A stretch of 64,000 nt of DNA from a virus. A program made the translations under genes and the position numbers. This document shows, in pieces, positions 21,422-30,332 of the stretch. Where the stretch lies: positions 32,001-96,000 of IMG/VR virus record IMGVR_UViG_3300036792_000284; one strand, given 5' to 3'. The notes under the pieces are model-generated. The model did not search any database. It saw only the letters and a program-made list of their open reading frames with translations, and had not been told where the DNA came from. Every line of letters begins with the position of its first letter. Position 1 is the first letter of the stretch.

Positions 21422-21812
21422 AAGTTGACTTACTTGTGAGTCTGTGGTTCCGGTTGTACTCGGACTTCCTGGCTCTGCATGGACCACACGGGCAGTTCCT
21501 CTTGCCAGAGACTCCGCCTCCGTGGTCTACGCCTACCTCGCTCCGAGTCTTCTCCAGGTGATGCTCCCGGCAGAGAAGCTGGCACTTCGCTAGTTCTGCC
21601 TGTAGCTCAGCCGGGCTCCGGTTCCACCTGTCCGTGATGGCGAACTCTTTCAGCTCACGCTCAACATGATCGAACTGCAGGTCTTCCGAAGAACCGCACC
21701 GAACACATTTCCCGCCCAGCAACTCGATGAGCTTTGCCTTCGCGGCTTGGTAGCGGGCCTGGTCGTAATCCGACCGATCCCACTCTGCAGCCCACCACTC
21801 TCTGTCTGGCAT
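21420..21812 (-). CDS. HNH endonuclease
   Basis: CVRCGSSEDLQFDHV...KCQLLCREHH; same subfamily pattern as 17215..17973. Confidence 0.85.
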   Translation of the reverse strand: MPDREWWAAEWDRSDYDQARYQAAKAKLIELLGGKCVRCGSSEDLQFDHVERELKEFAITDRWNRSPAELQAELAKCQLLCREHHLEKTRSEVGVDHGGGVSGKRNCPCGPCRARKSEYNRNHRLTSKST

Positions 21813-21856
21813 ACCTGGTACTACGTGCGAGTTTGTCTCTGTTGAGTTGTCCCACT

Positions 21857-21891
21857 AAAAAACCGCCTCGCCGGATTCTCTCCGGGGGCGG
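21857..21891 (-). terminator. Intrinsic terminator or attenuator
   Basis: CCGCC-CCCGG AGAGAAT CCGG-CGA-GGCGG followed by TTTTTT. Confidence 0.75.
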
Positions 21892-21914
21892 CTCCTGCAG
21901 GTCAGGATTTGGCC

Positions 21915-22022
21915 TTAGCCAGGAACCACCTCGCCGGGGATGTAATTGTCTTCGGGCAGCATGCAGGCTGCGAAGGGCTCGTGCCCTCGCTGCCACTGCT
22001 TGCTCGATGACCTGCTCACCAT
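21915..22022 (-). CDS. 35-aa small ORF (possible leader peptide)
   Basis: AGGAG upstream; MVSRSSSKQWQRGHEPFAACMLPEDNYIPGEVVPG. Confidence 0.4.
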   Translation of the reverse strand: MVSRSSSKQWQRGHEPFAACMLPEDNYIPGEVVPG

Positions 22023-22064
22023 GACTCCTAGCCTAGCCAGACGCTCGTTCAGCGCCACCCGTTT

Positions 22065-22107
22065 TATCGGATGCTTCTACCGTACTACCCTGCTTGACTC
22101 GTGTCAA
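22065..22107 (-). promoter_or_regulatory. Tandem promoters upstream of the tRNA array
   Basis: TTGACA-N17-TACGGT (22079-22107) followed by CCGATA (22065-22070). Confidence 0.7.
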
Positions 22108-22108
22108 C

Positions 22109-22384
22109 CTACATTTCGGAGAACAAGTTGGCGGCCAGACCGCTGGCCACCCCCGCCTGGTCGTCCAGCAGGACCTGCCGGACTAGCGGGTCCCCAGCGG
22201 CGCGGATGTCGGCCGGGCCGATGTAGGTGCGCTCGCCCCGCATCACCCGGACCGCGGTGATGGCGTCCATCAGGCGCTCGGGCTTCTCCCCCAGCGGCCC
22301 GGCCAGCTCGCCCATGGTCTTCTCGCGGTCCGCCTCGCCGAGCCCGGCCGCGTACTCCATCAGCTTCTCGAACGGCATCTGCAT
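22109..22384 (-). CDS. Hypothetical protein
   Basis: GGAGA RBS; ORF track. Confidence 0.65.
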   Translation of the reverse strand: MQMPFEKLMEYAAGLGEADREKTMGELAGPLGEKPERLMDAITAVRVMRGERTYIGPADIRAAGDPLVRQVLLDDQAGVASGLAANLFSEM

Positions 22385-22416
22385 GCGTTTCTCCGTCTAG
22401 CCCTCTATAGCCCTGT

Positions 22417-24381
22417 CTACTGCAGGTAGTCTCCGCTAACCGAGCCCCAGTCGTCCAGGTAACTGCTGCCGTACTCCATGCCGGGCCGGTCGCTCGGCAT
22501 GAACTCATCCGGCCCCAGCACCGTCAGCGACATCGGCATTCCCGCCGGCGAGGGGATCTCCGCCGTCGGGCCGTAGAACTCGACCTGGCCGAGGTAGGCG
22601 CGCTTGCCCGCCGGGTCCTCCTGGCCGCCGACCTCCAGCGCGCCGGACACCGCGCCGGCCAGGGAGTCGGCCTCGTCCTTGGAGCTGTCGCCCAGGTGGT
22701 CGATCCGGCCGTTCGGCAGCCGGGACAGGCCGAGCAGCTCGATGATGGTCAGCTCGCGGGCCGGGGCCTCCATCCGGCCCTCGTACATGACGTCGCGCAG
22801 CGTCCGCCAGCCCTCTTCGGACACGTCGGTGGAGAAGCGGTCGGTCTCGATGCCGTGGCTTTCGAGGATCTGCATCGAATCCTTGGACTGCCACTGGTCG
22901 AAGGTGAAGCGGACGATCGGGAAGCCCATCCGGCGCAACTCCAGGCACAGCATGCGCGCCCACCGAATCTGGATCTCCATCGGCGGGACCGCGCCGGCGT
23001 CGGACTCGTAGCTGATGGTGAAGTCGACCTTCACCACCGGCCGCCGCTCGGCCACCTGGATCTCGATGCCGTCCTCGTCGTGGCCGACCAGCGCGTGGTC
23101 CTGCCAGCGCTTGACGTGCGCCATGGACACGCCGGCCCGGTCGCCGGTGGCCGCCAGGTCGGCGTGCATCGCGTACAGGGCGCCCTTGACCGGGAAGAAG
23201 TCCGGGCTGAAGGTGTAGAGCGGCTTCCAGGTGGCGCCCTCGCGCACGTACGCCACGCTCACCGGCGGCTGGGTGACCTCGGTGAAGCACTCCCGGACCG
23301 CCTGCTCGTTGGCGAAGTACGGGTTGATCGCGCGCCGCGGCTTGCACTCGTATTTCGCCTCGGCCAGCGCCGGGTCCTTCTCGTAGTCCTCCGCGAACGC
23401 CTCTTTCCCGCTGATGCGGGGATTGGCCTCCCACGTCGCCAAAGGACCGCTGACGTAGTACCGGCTGTTCTCGCCCTTGGCCGCGTTGTCCGCCTTGCCC
23501 TTGGCCACCAGCTGCTGGATGGTGCTGCCCAGGTAGCGCGGGTAGGAGATGTGCACGTTCTTGAACGTGCCGGGGAACCGGGTGGTCGCCGAGGTGCGGA
23601 GCATGTCGAGGATCGCCTCGGCCGAAGACGACGACTCGCGCTGCCGGGCGCCGGCGTTGCGGGCCAGCTCGGCCGCCGAGCGGAACGCGTCGATCTCGTC
23701 GGCGATGCCGAGCACCAGGTTGAGGCCCTCCTGGCTGTCGGCATCAGAGTGACCGCTGACGGCCTCGATGTTGTGCTCGAAACGGATCGTGTCCAGCAGC
23801 GCGGTGGTGCGCTCGCCGCTGCTGCGCCGCTGCCGCTCAGCCGCGTCGAGGATGTCGATCCCGCCGACCCGCTGGAACCAGCAGCCCGGCCGCTGCACCG
23901 CGCGGCGCATCGGGGCGAAGAACGCGCGCTGGGCCTGCTTGGACGACGACGCCACGTTCAGCACGTGGATCGAGTCCTGCTCGGGCATCTGGAAGTAGAC
24001 CTGCGGGGACTTCAGGCACAGCAGCAGGTAGCAGACCCGCATGGCGATCATCCGGCAGGTGTGGTCCTTGCCGCCGCCTTTGCCCCACTCCAGTTCCAGG
24101 AAGTTGACCATCCGGCACGGCTGGCTCCAGTAGTCGCGGACCCGCTTGTCCGCGCTGCCGGCCAGCAGCTCGTAGGTCTCCGGGTAGTAGACGCGCTCGG
24201 CGTGCCGGACCGCCTCGTACTGGACCTCGCTCAGCGGCGGGTTGGCCAGGTACCCGCGGTCCTGCACGAACACGCTGAGCGGGACCGGCTCCTCCTCGAA
24301 GATGCCCAGCCCGCGCGCTGACGTGCCCGTGCCGCCCGCCCGACCGAGCAGGGCCGCGGCGGCTGCCCCCGCGGAAGCCAC
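22417..24381 (-). CDS. Terminase large subunit
   Basis: Walker A WGKGGGKD, Walker B IADEID, C-terminal RNase H-like nuclease (HADLA, FTFDQW, KDEAD). Confidence 0.9.
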   Translation of the reverse strand: MASAGAAAAALLGRAGGTGTSARGLGIFEEEPVPLSVFVQDRGYLANPPLSEVQYEAVRHAERVYYPETYELLAGSADKRVRDYWSQPCRMVNFLELEWGKGGGKDHTCRMIAMRVCYLLLCLKSPQVYFQMPEQDSIHVLNVASSSKQAQRAFFAPMRRAVQRPGCWFQRVGGIDILDAAERQRRSSGERTTALLDTIRFEHNIEAVSGHSDADSQEGLNLVLGIADEIDAFRSAAELARNAGARQRESSSSAEAILDMLRTSATTRFPGTFKNVHISYPRYLGSTIQQLVAKGKADNAAKGENSRYYVSGPLATWEANPRISGKEAFAEDYEKDPALAEAKYECKPRRAINPYFANEQAVRECFTEVTQPPVSVAYVREGATWKPLYTFSPDFFPVKGALYAMHADLAATGDRAGVSMAHVKRWQDHALVGHDEDGIEIQVAERRPVVKVDFTISYESDAGAVPPMEIQIRWARMLCLELRRMGFPIVRFTFDQWQSKDSMQILESHGIETDRFSTDVSEEGWRTLRDVMYEGRMEAPARELTIIELLGLSRLPNGRIDHLGDSSKDEADSLAGAVSGALEVGGQEDPAGKRAYLGQVEFYGPTAEIPSPAGMPMSLTVLGPDEFMPSDRPGMEYGSSYLDDWGSVSGDYLQ

Positions 24382-24546
24382 CTACGGATGCCGCCAGGGG
24401 TACCACGCCCAGGCGGCGTGCAGCGCCAGGCACACCAGGGCGAGGATCACGAAGCCCGTCGGCGTCCAGGGCACGTTGGTGCTGGCCTTGGCCGCGAACA
24501 GGATGAACGCGATAGCGGAGAACAGCGCCGAGAGCCAGGCGAACAC
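24382..24546 (-). CDS. 54-aa two-TM membrane protein
   Basis: MFAWLSALFSAIAFILFAAK...GFVILALVCLALHAAW; C-terminal end of track ORF 24382..25098. Confidence 0.65.
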   Translation of the reverse strand: MFAWLSALFSAIAFILFAAKASTNVPWTPTGFVILALVCLALHAAWAWYPWRHP

Positions 24547-24548
24547 GG

Positions 24549-25355
24549 CTACCAGCCCCGCTTCGGCGTCGACCCGGGCCGGTGCAGCGGGCCGCCATCG
24601 TGGCTGCTGTCGTTGACGTGCTGGTGCGGGTGGTTGTGCGCCGCGGACATGAAGTGGTTGTGCGAGTGCACCCCGTTGTGCGGCGCGTGGTTCATCGCCA
24701 CCCCGCCGTCCCCGACCACCTTGGCGGCCAGCGCGACCATCGACGCGGCGGCCTTCTCCCCGTCCTCGTCCTTCTGCCCGAAGCCCGGCAGGGTGCTGAC
24801 GTCCACGCCCAGCTCGCGGGCCCGCTTGCGGATCAGGGCCTTGGCCGCGGCGGCGTCGCCGTGGCCGGAGGCGGCCAGCACTGCGGCCGAGTGCAGGTGC
24901 TTCTTGTCCTCGATCGGGTAACTGCCGCCGGGAAGCGCGTGGCCGGCGGCAGCGGCCTTCTTGCGCCCCTCCGCGGTCTCGCTCGCCGGCGCGGCCAGCG
25001 TCACCAGGCTGATGTCGATGCCGGGGCGGCCGGACAGCAGGACCGCCAGCGACTGCGCCAGCTGGGTCGCCTTCACGTTCTTGTCCGACTTGGCACACAT
25101 CGACGCGGCCCGCTTGGCCGGGATGTTCCGCTTCACCAGCGCCTTGAAGGTGGCGTGGCCGGAGTGCTCGCCGCCGCCCTCGTCGCTGTCGTCGTCCTTG
25201 CCGCCCTTGCCCTTGTCGTCGTCCTCGTCATCGTCGGCGGCCAGCAGCAGGGCCAGCTCGCCGCTGGCAATCTGGGCGGCGAGCAGCATCTCGGCGTCCA
25301 GGTCCGGAGCCTCGGGTACGGCACCAGCCAGGGCAAGCAGCTTATCCAGTGACAT
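24549..25355 (-). CDS. Hypothetical late protein with an Asp-rich linker and His-rich tail
   Basis: GGGAGG RBS; GGSYPIEDKKHL motif; upstream CCGATT. Confidence 0.7.
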   Translation of the reverse strand: MSLDKLLALAGAVPEAPDLDAEMLLAAQIASGELALLLAADDDEDDDKGKGGKDDDSDEGGGEHSGHATFKALVKRNIPAKRAASMCAKSDKNVKATQLAQSLAVLLSGRPGIDISLVTLAAPASETAEGRKKAAAAGHALPGGSYPIEDKKHLHSAAVLAASGHGDAAAAKALIRKRARELGVDVSTLPGFGQKDEDGEKAAASMVALAAKVVGDGGVAMNHAPHNGVHSHNHFMSAAHNHPHQHVNDSSHDGGPLHRPGSTPKRGW

Positions 25356-25389
25356 CGGGCCTCCCGGGCACGAACGGCAGTGCCCAGGT

Positions 25390-25395
25390 AATCGG
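25390..25395 (-). promoter_or_regulatory. CGAT-class late promoter candidate (leadered)
   Basis: CCGATT 34 nt upstream of ATG 25355. Confidence 0.5.
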
Positions 25396-25397
25396 AA

Positions 25398-27281
25398 CTA
25401 CGCGGGCTTCCGGGCGGGCGCGCTCGCGGGGTGCGGGCCGGGCGCCGTGCTGCTCTTCGGCTTGGGGGTCGTAGAGTGCGAGGCCGGGTGGGTAGCCACG
25501 TGCGCCATGTGCTCGACATGCAGATGGTGCAGGTGCTCCAGGTGGGCGACATGCTCGGTGTGGAGCTTGTGCAGGTGCGCCAGGTGCTCGACGTGGAGCT
25601 GGTGCGCGTCCGGGTGGCCCGCGGGGGCGGCCGGGGCCGCGCTGCGCGGAGCCCGGCCGGCGCTTGAGCCTGCCGTCTTCCCGGCGCTCGACCCGGCCCC
25701 GGCTGCGGCCAGCAGGACGTCCACCGCTGTCAGCCGCGCGGGCCCGTTCGGGTTGTCAGTGCCGGCCTGCAGGCGGTTCTGCGGGCTGACGGTCTTGCCA
25801 CCGGCCTGCATCTGGGCTGCCACTTCGGCCTGGTGCGTCATGTTGCCCATGTCGGCCAGCGCCTGCACGTGGTGCTTGATGTGCCGGGCCAGGTCGTGAG
25901 CGCCGGACTCGCGCGCGATCATGCCGGCGCGCAGCGCGGACTGGGCGGCGCCGGCCGGGTTGGTGGCCAGCATGCCCCGCGCCCGGTCCAGGTAGGCGTT
26001 CACCCGGGCCTTGTCCACCGCGGGCAGCGCGGCCAGCTGCCGCGCAGCGTCCGCATCGGTGATGTTCAGCAGGTCCTCGGGCGGCTGGATGAGCGGCGCC
26101 GCGCCGGACGTGTCCGACTGCGACGGCTCCGAGACGTCCTTGCCGGTGACGACAGCCAGCGCGAGCCGGTCCAGAGCGGTCATGTCACTGTCCTCCGTAA
26201 GCCGTGCCTGCTGGCTGGGCCCGTTGAAAACACCATGGAAGTACCTCTTGCGGATGCGGTCGCTCAGCGCGCCCAGCGCCTGCTCCGCCTTGCGCCAGGC
26301 CAGCACCCTGTCGTGGCTCTGCTTCATCGCCGCGGTGGCCGACGACTGCCCGGCCGGCGGGATGCGGGTGAACACGTTGGCGGTGTAGGCGCTCGGCAGC
26401 AGGCTGCCCATGTCGGCCTTGTGCGCGGCGTACAGCGCCGTCTGCGCGCTGCGCATCACCGCCAGGGCCTCCAGCGGGTTGTCCTTGCTCAGCTTGTAGG
26501 CGGCCTGCTCCAGGAACTTGCGGGCGGTCGCTGACAGGCTGGCGTCGCTGCAGTCGGGCACCAGCGGGATAACGGCGCGGACCTCGGCCGCGGTCGGCAG
26601 CGCGACCAGCGGCGGCAACGGCGGGCTCGGCGAGATCGACTGCACCGGGTTCTGGTACAGCCCGTACTGGCTGTAGTGCCCGCCGTTGGGCGGGTCGACG
26701 AACGGGCGGGCACCCGGCGCGGTGGACACCGCAGGCTTGGCCAGTTCCAGCCCTTCAACTTCACCCGCCGACGCCTTCGCGTGCTCGTGCGCCTCCGCCT
26801 TTTCCTGCTCCCACTGAGCCACGTTCCTGGCCGCGGCGGCCCGCACGTCCGGGTGGGTGCGCTTGCCCTTGCCGGACTTGGTGTCCCAGCCGCCCGGGTT
26901 GACGCCGGCCGCCCATTTCTTGACGATGCCGACGGCAACCCCGTACGCGGCGTGCTTGCCGTACCGGGCCACCAGGTGCGGGTACAGGTGCTCGATGTAC
27001 GGCGGCAGGTGGTGGCCTTTCATGTGGAACAGGCCGGGCCCGCCGGGCGGCACCGTCGGCTTGACGACGGTCGACGCCTCGGGCGTGTGCGGGGTGAACT
27101 TAACCAGCGCACCGCCGCCGTGCAGCCCGGTGCTCTCGCCTGCTGCGGGCCTGCAGTGCAGGTCAGGGTGATCCCGGCCGCCTTTGCCGACATGCTGGTA
27201 CCACGGGCACTCGCGCATGAGGTGCGCGTGCGCCTCGCGCTCTTCGTGCGCCGCTTCCAGCAGCTCCAGGGCACCGGCCAT
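25398..27281 (-). CDS. Large hypothetical late protein with a His-heptad tail
   Basis: ATG 27281 next to the upstream stop; LPPYIEHL...KKWAAG domain; HLAHLHKLHTEHVAHLEHL. Confidence 0.7.
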   Translation of the reverse strand: MAGALELLEAAHEEREAHAHLMRECPWYQHVGKGGRDHPDLHCRPAAGESTGLHGGGALVKFTPHTPEASTVVKPTVPPGGPGLFHMKGHHLPPYIEHLYPHLVARYGKHAAYGVAVGIVKKWAAGVNPGGWDTKSGKGKRTHPDVRAAAARNVAQWEQEKAEAHEHAKASAGEVEGLELAKPAVSTAPGARPFVDPPNGGHYSQYGLYQNPVQSISPSPPLPPLVALPTAAEVRAVIPLVPDCSDASLSATARKFLEQAAYKLSKDNPLEALAVMRSAQTALYAAHKADMGSLLPSAYTANVFTRIPPAGQSSATAAMKQSHDRVLAWRKAEQALGALSDRIRKRYFHGVFNGPSQQARLTEDSDMTALDRLALAVVTGKDVSEPSQSDTSGAAPLIQPPEDLLNITDADAARQLAALPAVDKARVNAYLDRARGMLATNPAGAAQSALRAGMIARESGAHDLARHIKHHVQALADMGNMTHQAEVAAQMQAGGKTVSPQNRLQAGTDNPNGPARLTAVDVLLAAAGAGSSAGKTAGSSAGRAPRSAAPAAPAGHPDAHQLHVEHLAHLHKLHTEHVAHLEHLHHLHVEHMAHVATHPASHSTTPKPKSSTAPGPHPASAPARKPA

Positions 27282-27282
27282 G

Positions 27283-27726
27283 TCAGGCCGTCGCCAGGAC
27301 CTCGACGAGCTTGTCCTGCAGCAGGGCGCGCAGGCCCCCGTCCGGCACCTCGCCGAGCACCGCCAGGAACACGTCGCGGACCTTCTCCGGGGAGAGGCCG
27401 CCGGCATCGCGGGCCTTGCTCTTGAGCCGCACGTCATCCCAGGTCTTGGCGATCTGCTCCCAGGCCAGCAGCGCGTCCTTCTCCTGGCCGGGGTGCTGGT
27501 AGCCGTCGTCGGTGCCGTAGCCCCGGCGGCTGGTCTGCTGGTGCTTGAAGAACCAGTTCAGCATCGCGGACGTCCGCATGATCTGCGCGGCGGACATGTC
27601 CAGACCGTCGCACTCGCGGCGCACCGTGGCGTAGAACTCCTCGTACCCGCGACGCAGGTCCTGGTCCTCTACGCTCGTGGGGCAGGAGAACAGGCCGTCG
27701 AACTTGTCCCAGTTAGCACTCGCCAT
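27283..27726 (-). CDS. Hypothetical protein, terminase small subunit candidate
   Basis: First gene of the late block; helical; CCGATT-N8-ATG start. TerS call is positional only. Confidence 0.45.
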   Translation of the reverse strand: MASANWDKFDGLFSCPTSVEDQDLRRGYEEFYATVRRECDGLDMSAAQIMRTSAMLNWFFKHQQTSRRGYGTDDGYQHPGQEKDALLAWEQIAKTWDDVRLKSKARDAGGLSPEKVRDVFLAVLGEVPDGGLRALLQDKLVEVLATA

Positions 27727-27734
27727 GACCTGCT

Positions 27735-27740
27735 AATCGG
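27735..27740 (-). promoter_or_regulatory. CGAT-class late promoter candidate
   Basis: CCGATT-N8-ATG. Confidence 0.65.
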
Positions 27741-27781
27741 GCGGTCGCTCCCAGCGGTCCGCCGGGTTATCCCAGCCCACG

Positions 27782-27964
27782 CTAGAGCCCCGTCACGGTG
27801 CACAGCGGCAGCGGCTTCTCCAGGCTCTGCTGAAGCATGTCCCGCGAGTACCGCGCGAACAGCATCGCCGTGCCGGGGCTGTGCCCGTAATCCGCCTGCA
27901 GGCGGGCAGCTTCCTCCAGCATCCGGTTGTCCAGGCTCCGGCGCTCTTCCTCACTCAGGTCCAT
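27782..27964 (-). CDS. Hypothetical protein
   Basis: ORF track; overlaps the upstream stop. Confidence 0.55.
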   Translation of the reverse strand: MDLSEEERRSLDNRMLEEAARLQADYGHSPGTAMLFARYSRDMLQQSLEKPLPLCTVTGL

Positions 27965-28742
27965 CAGTCACCAGCCTGTACCTCACCGGGCGCTCGCGGT
28001 ACTCGCGGAACGACTGCGCCTGCTGCAGCGGGAAGATGCCCGGCGTCGAGTACACCCCGGCCAGTTCGCCGATCGTCTGGCTGCGCGCGGCGTCCGGCAC
28101 CAGGTTCCGCCACGGCCCGACCGCCGACAGCCGCTGCATCTGCCAGTCGTACCCGGAGTCGTTCGGGCCACCCCCGTTGCAGTCCCAGTCCCAGACCGGG
28201 CGCACCACTGTCCTCCACTTTTCCCCACTGACGCACCATACCCACGGGTTGAAGTACGCCAGCCGCTGCACAGCCTGCTGGTCAGCGTCCTGGTCGGTCC
28301 GCGGGGCGCTCAGGCCGTCCCAGCCGGCCCCGCCGCGGTTGTGCGCGCAGATGCACAGCGTGTTCTCGTCGTACCGCTCCTGGGCCCACGCCGTGTAGGC
28401 CAGGACGTCGTCGGAGACGATGACGTCCTCCTCGCCGCACAGCACGAACCCGGGGCGGAAGTTGTCGAACAGCGTGTCGATCCCCTCGCCGAGCGCGCGG
28501 TGCATGCCGGGGCTGCCGTGGGCGGCGTCGCTGTCGAGGATGACGACGATGTTCCGCTCCAGCTTCTCCTCCGCCTCCCGGATGACGTCCATCTGGTCGT
28601 CGTACCGGTGCGACCGGCCGAGCGCGACGGCGATCATCCGCAGGTCCCCGATCTCGGGCACGGCGGCCCAGGAGGACAGCACCCGGCTCAGGTACTCAGG
28701 ACGGCGGCACGCGGTGATGAGCAGGGCCGTGTCGGTCAGCAT
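27951..28742 (-). CDS. GT-A fold glycosyltransferase
   Basis: LLITACRRPEYL N-terminus; GEEDVIVSDD DxD-type motif; YFNPWVW. Confidence 0.8.
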   Translation of the reverse strand: MLTDTALLITACRRPEYLSRVLSSWAAVPEIGDLRMIAVALGRSHRYDDQMDVIREAEEKLERNIVVILDSDAAHGSPGMHRALGEGIDTLFDNFRPGFVLCGEEDVIVSDDVLAYTAWAQERYDENTLCICAHNRGGAGWDGLSAPRTDQDADQQAVQRLAYFNPWVWCVSGEKWRTVVRPVWDWDCNGGGPNDSGYDWQMQRLSAVGPWRNLVPDAARSQTIGELAGVYSTPGIFPLQQAQSFREYRERPVRYRLVTDGPE

Positions 28743-29551
28743 GCGTTCTCCCTCGGACGGAACCAGATGGCGGGCGCCGGGCCTTCCGGGCGCCGGCAGC
28801 GGTTAACCGGGTCCCAGGACTCCCAGATCCACTTCGGCCAGGTCTCGTCCGGGTCCACGTCGGTGGTGCCCGGGTACACCTCGCCGCCGGGGTTCACCCA
28901 GCCGTGCGCCCACATCTCGTACGCAATGCCCGGCTGAGTGCCGTCGCCGCAAATCTTCGGCACAGCCTCGGTATGGCTGAACGACCGGACCTTGCGCCTA
29001 ATCACGTCCGGGCCGCCGAGCCAACTGAGATGCCACCCGGCATGCTCGATCCGGGGGTAGCGCTCCCGAAGCTCGCGCACCGCGTTGAGGGAATGGACGG
29101 CGCCGCGGCGGGCCAGGGACGCCATCACCTGCCGGTTGCCGAGCCGGTCGACCGCGCCGTACAGCAGCTGCAGGTTGCACCCGAGAAACGGCTCCGGCTG
29201 GGCTTTCAGGGTCTCGTGGAAGAGCAGCTCGTCCACGTCGGCGACGATGACGACGTCATCCGGCGCCGAGCCCTCAAGCGCGCGCATGGCGAAGTCCCGC
29301 TGGTGGCGCTCCCGCACCCAGGGGTCGTTCGTCTCCGGCGGCTCGTTGTCCACCAGGTGGACGATGCGGTCGGCCCACGGCGCGAACCGCTCCTTGTTCT
29401 CCGCGTAGTACAGGGGCTTCGGCTGGCCGGTGAACGTCAGCGGGGCCTCCACCAGGATGTGCCGGTAGATGTCCGTGTCCTCGTACTCCCGCAGGTGGCA
29501 CTCAAGGATGTCCAGCTCGTCGCGGATCATGAAGGTGTCCCACAGCTTCAC
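28736..29551 (-). CDS. Glycosyltransferase family 17 (MGAT3-like)
   Basis: ELDILE, VEAPLTFTGQPKP, WVRERHQRD, DDVVIVADVDE, GWHLSWLGG, KVRSFSH; GTG start at 29551. Confidence 0.85.
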   Translation of the reverse strand: MKLWDTFMIRDELDILECHLREYEDTDIYRHILVEAPLTFTGQPKPLYYAENKERFAPWADRIVHLVDNEPPETNDPWVRERHQRDFAMRALEGSAPDDVVIVADVDELLFHETLKAQPEPFLGCNLQLLYGAVDRLGNRQVMASLARRGAVHSLNAVRELRERYPRIEHAGWHLSWLGGPDVIRRKVRSFSHTEAVPKICGDGTQPGIAYEMWAHGWVNPGGEVYPGTTDVDPDETWPKWIWESWDPVNRCRRPEGPAPAIWFRPRENAC

Positions 29552-30096
29552 AGGACGACCCACCACAGCTTGTTGAACTGGACGTTGATCCGGTCGTCGG
29601 TGAACTGCTCTCGGACCCCGGCCGCCACCGTCGGGAAGTCCCAGTCGTCGCCGGCGAAGATGGCGCCGGGCACCGCGCGCGGCAGCAGCGCGGCGAGGTT
29701 GTCCGACACCTCCTGCGTGGTGTGCGCGGCGTCCAGGTGCAGGAACCGGATCGGCTTGTCCCACAGCTCGGCGAACTTCCGCCAGCCCATCTTCCAGGTG
29801 ATGACGTTGCCGGCAGTGCCCTCGGCGATGTTGGCCTGGAAGATCCCGTAGTTGTCCCGCTTGACCAGCTCGGGGTTGATGCCGATACCGGCCGCGGCCG
29901 ACTCCGGGCCGTCGCCCTCCCAGTGGTCGACCACGTGCAGGAACGCCGGCACGATGGCGTTGGCGAGGGGGACGGCCGACCAGCCCTGCCAGGTGCCGAC
30001 CTCCACGACCTCGCCGGGCAGGTGGCTGGTGGACTGAGCCAGCCCGGCCAGAACAGCGATCTGGGCCGGGCTCATCCACTGCTCGTCGAAATGCAC
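29548..30096 (-). CDS. Class I SAM-dependent methyltransferase (Methyltransf_24-like)
   Basis: VEVGTWQGWS, FLHLDAAH, GDDW. Confidence 0.85.
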   Translation of the reverse strand: MHFDEQWMSPAQIAVLAGLAQSTSHLPGEVVEVGTWQGWSAVPLANAIVPAFLHVVDHWEGDGPESAAAGIGINPELVKRDNYGIFQANIAEGTAGNVITWKMGWRKFAELWDKPIRFLHLDAAHTTQEVSDNLAALLPRAVPGAIFAGDDWDFPTVAAGVREQFTDDRINVQFNKLWWVVL

Positions 30097-30098
30097 GA

Positions 30099-30332
30099 CT
30101 ACCCGGCGTCCGCGAGGGCCTGGCGGACCAGGGCGTCCTTGGCGTCGACCAGCCGCTGCAGCCCGATGGTCAGCTGCGGCCCGTCGCCGAGGATTTCGAG
30201 CAGCTCGTCCCGCAGGTCGCGGAACATGTAGGCCACCGCAGCGGGCGCACCGGCCGGAAGGTTGGGGTTCGGCTCAAGCCACAGGGCCTTCTCCTGCGTG
30301 GCCCCGTGACGGCCGGTCAGGTCGGTACTCAT
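30099..30332 (-). CDS. Acb2/Tad1-like helical-hairpin anti-defence candidate
   Basis: PNLP...GPQLTIGLQRLVDAKDALVRQAL resembles the LRKLLEAKDxxVRA signature recalled for this family. Confidence 0.6.
   Translation of the reverse strand: MSTDLTGRHGATQEKALWLEPNPNLPAGAPAAVAYMFRDLRDELLEILGDGPQLTIGLQRLVDAKDALVRQALADAG

Noticed and set aside
22417-24381. Stop-codon reassignment in this phage
   Set aside because: Core genes are full length under the standard code, TAG, TGA and TAA all end genes, and no canonical suppressor tRNA was found.
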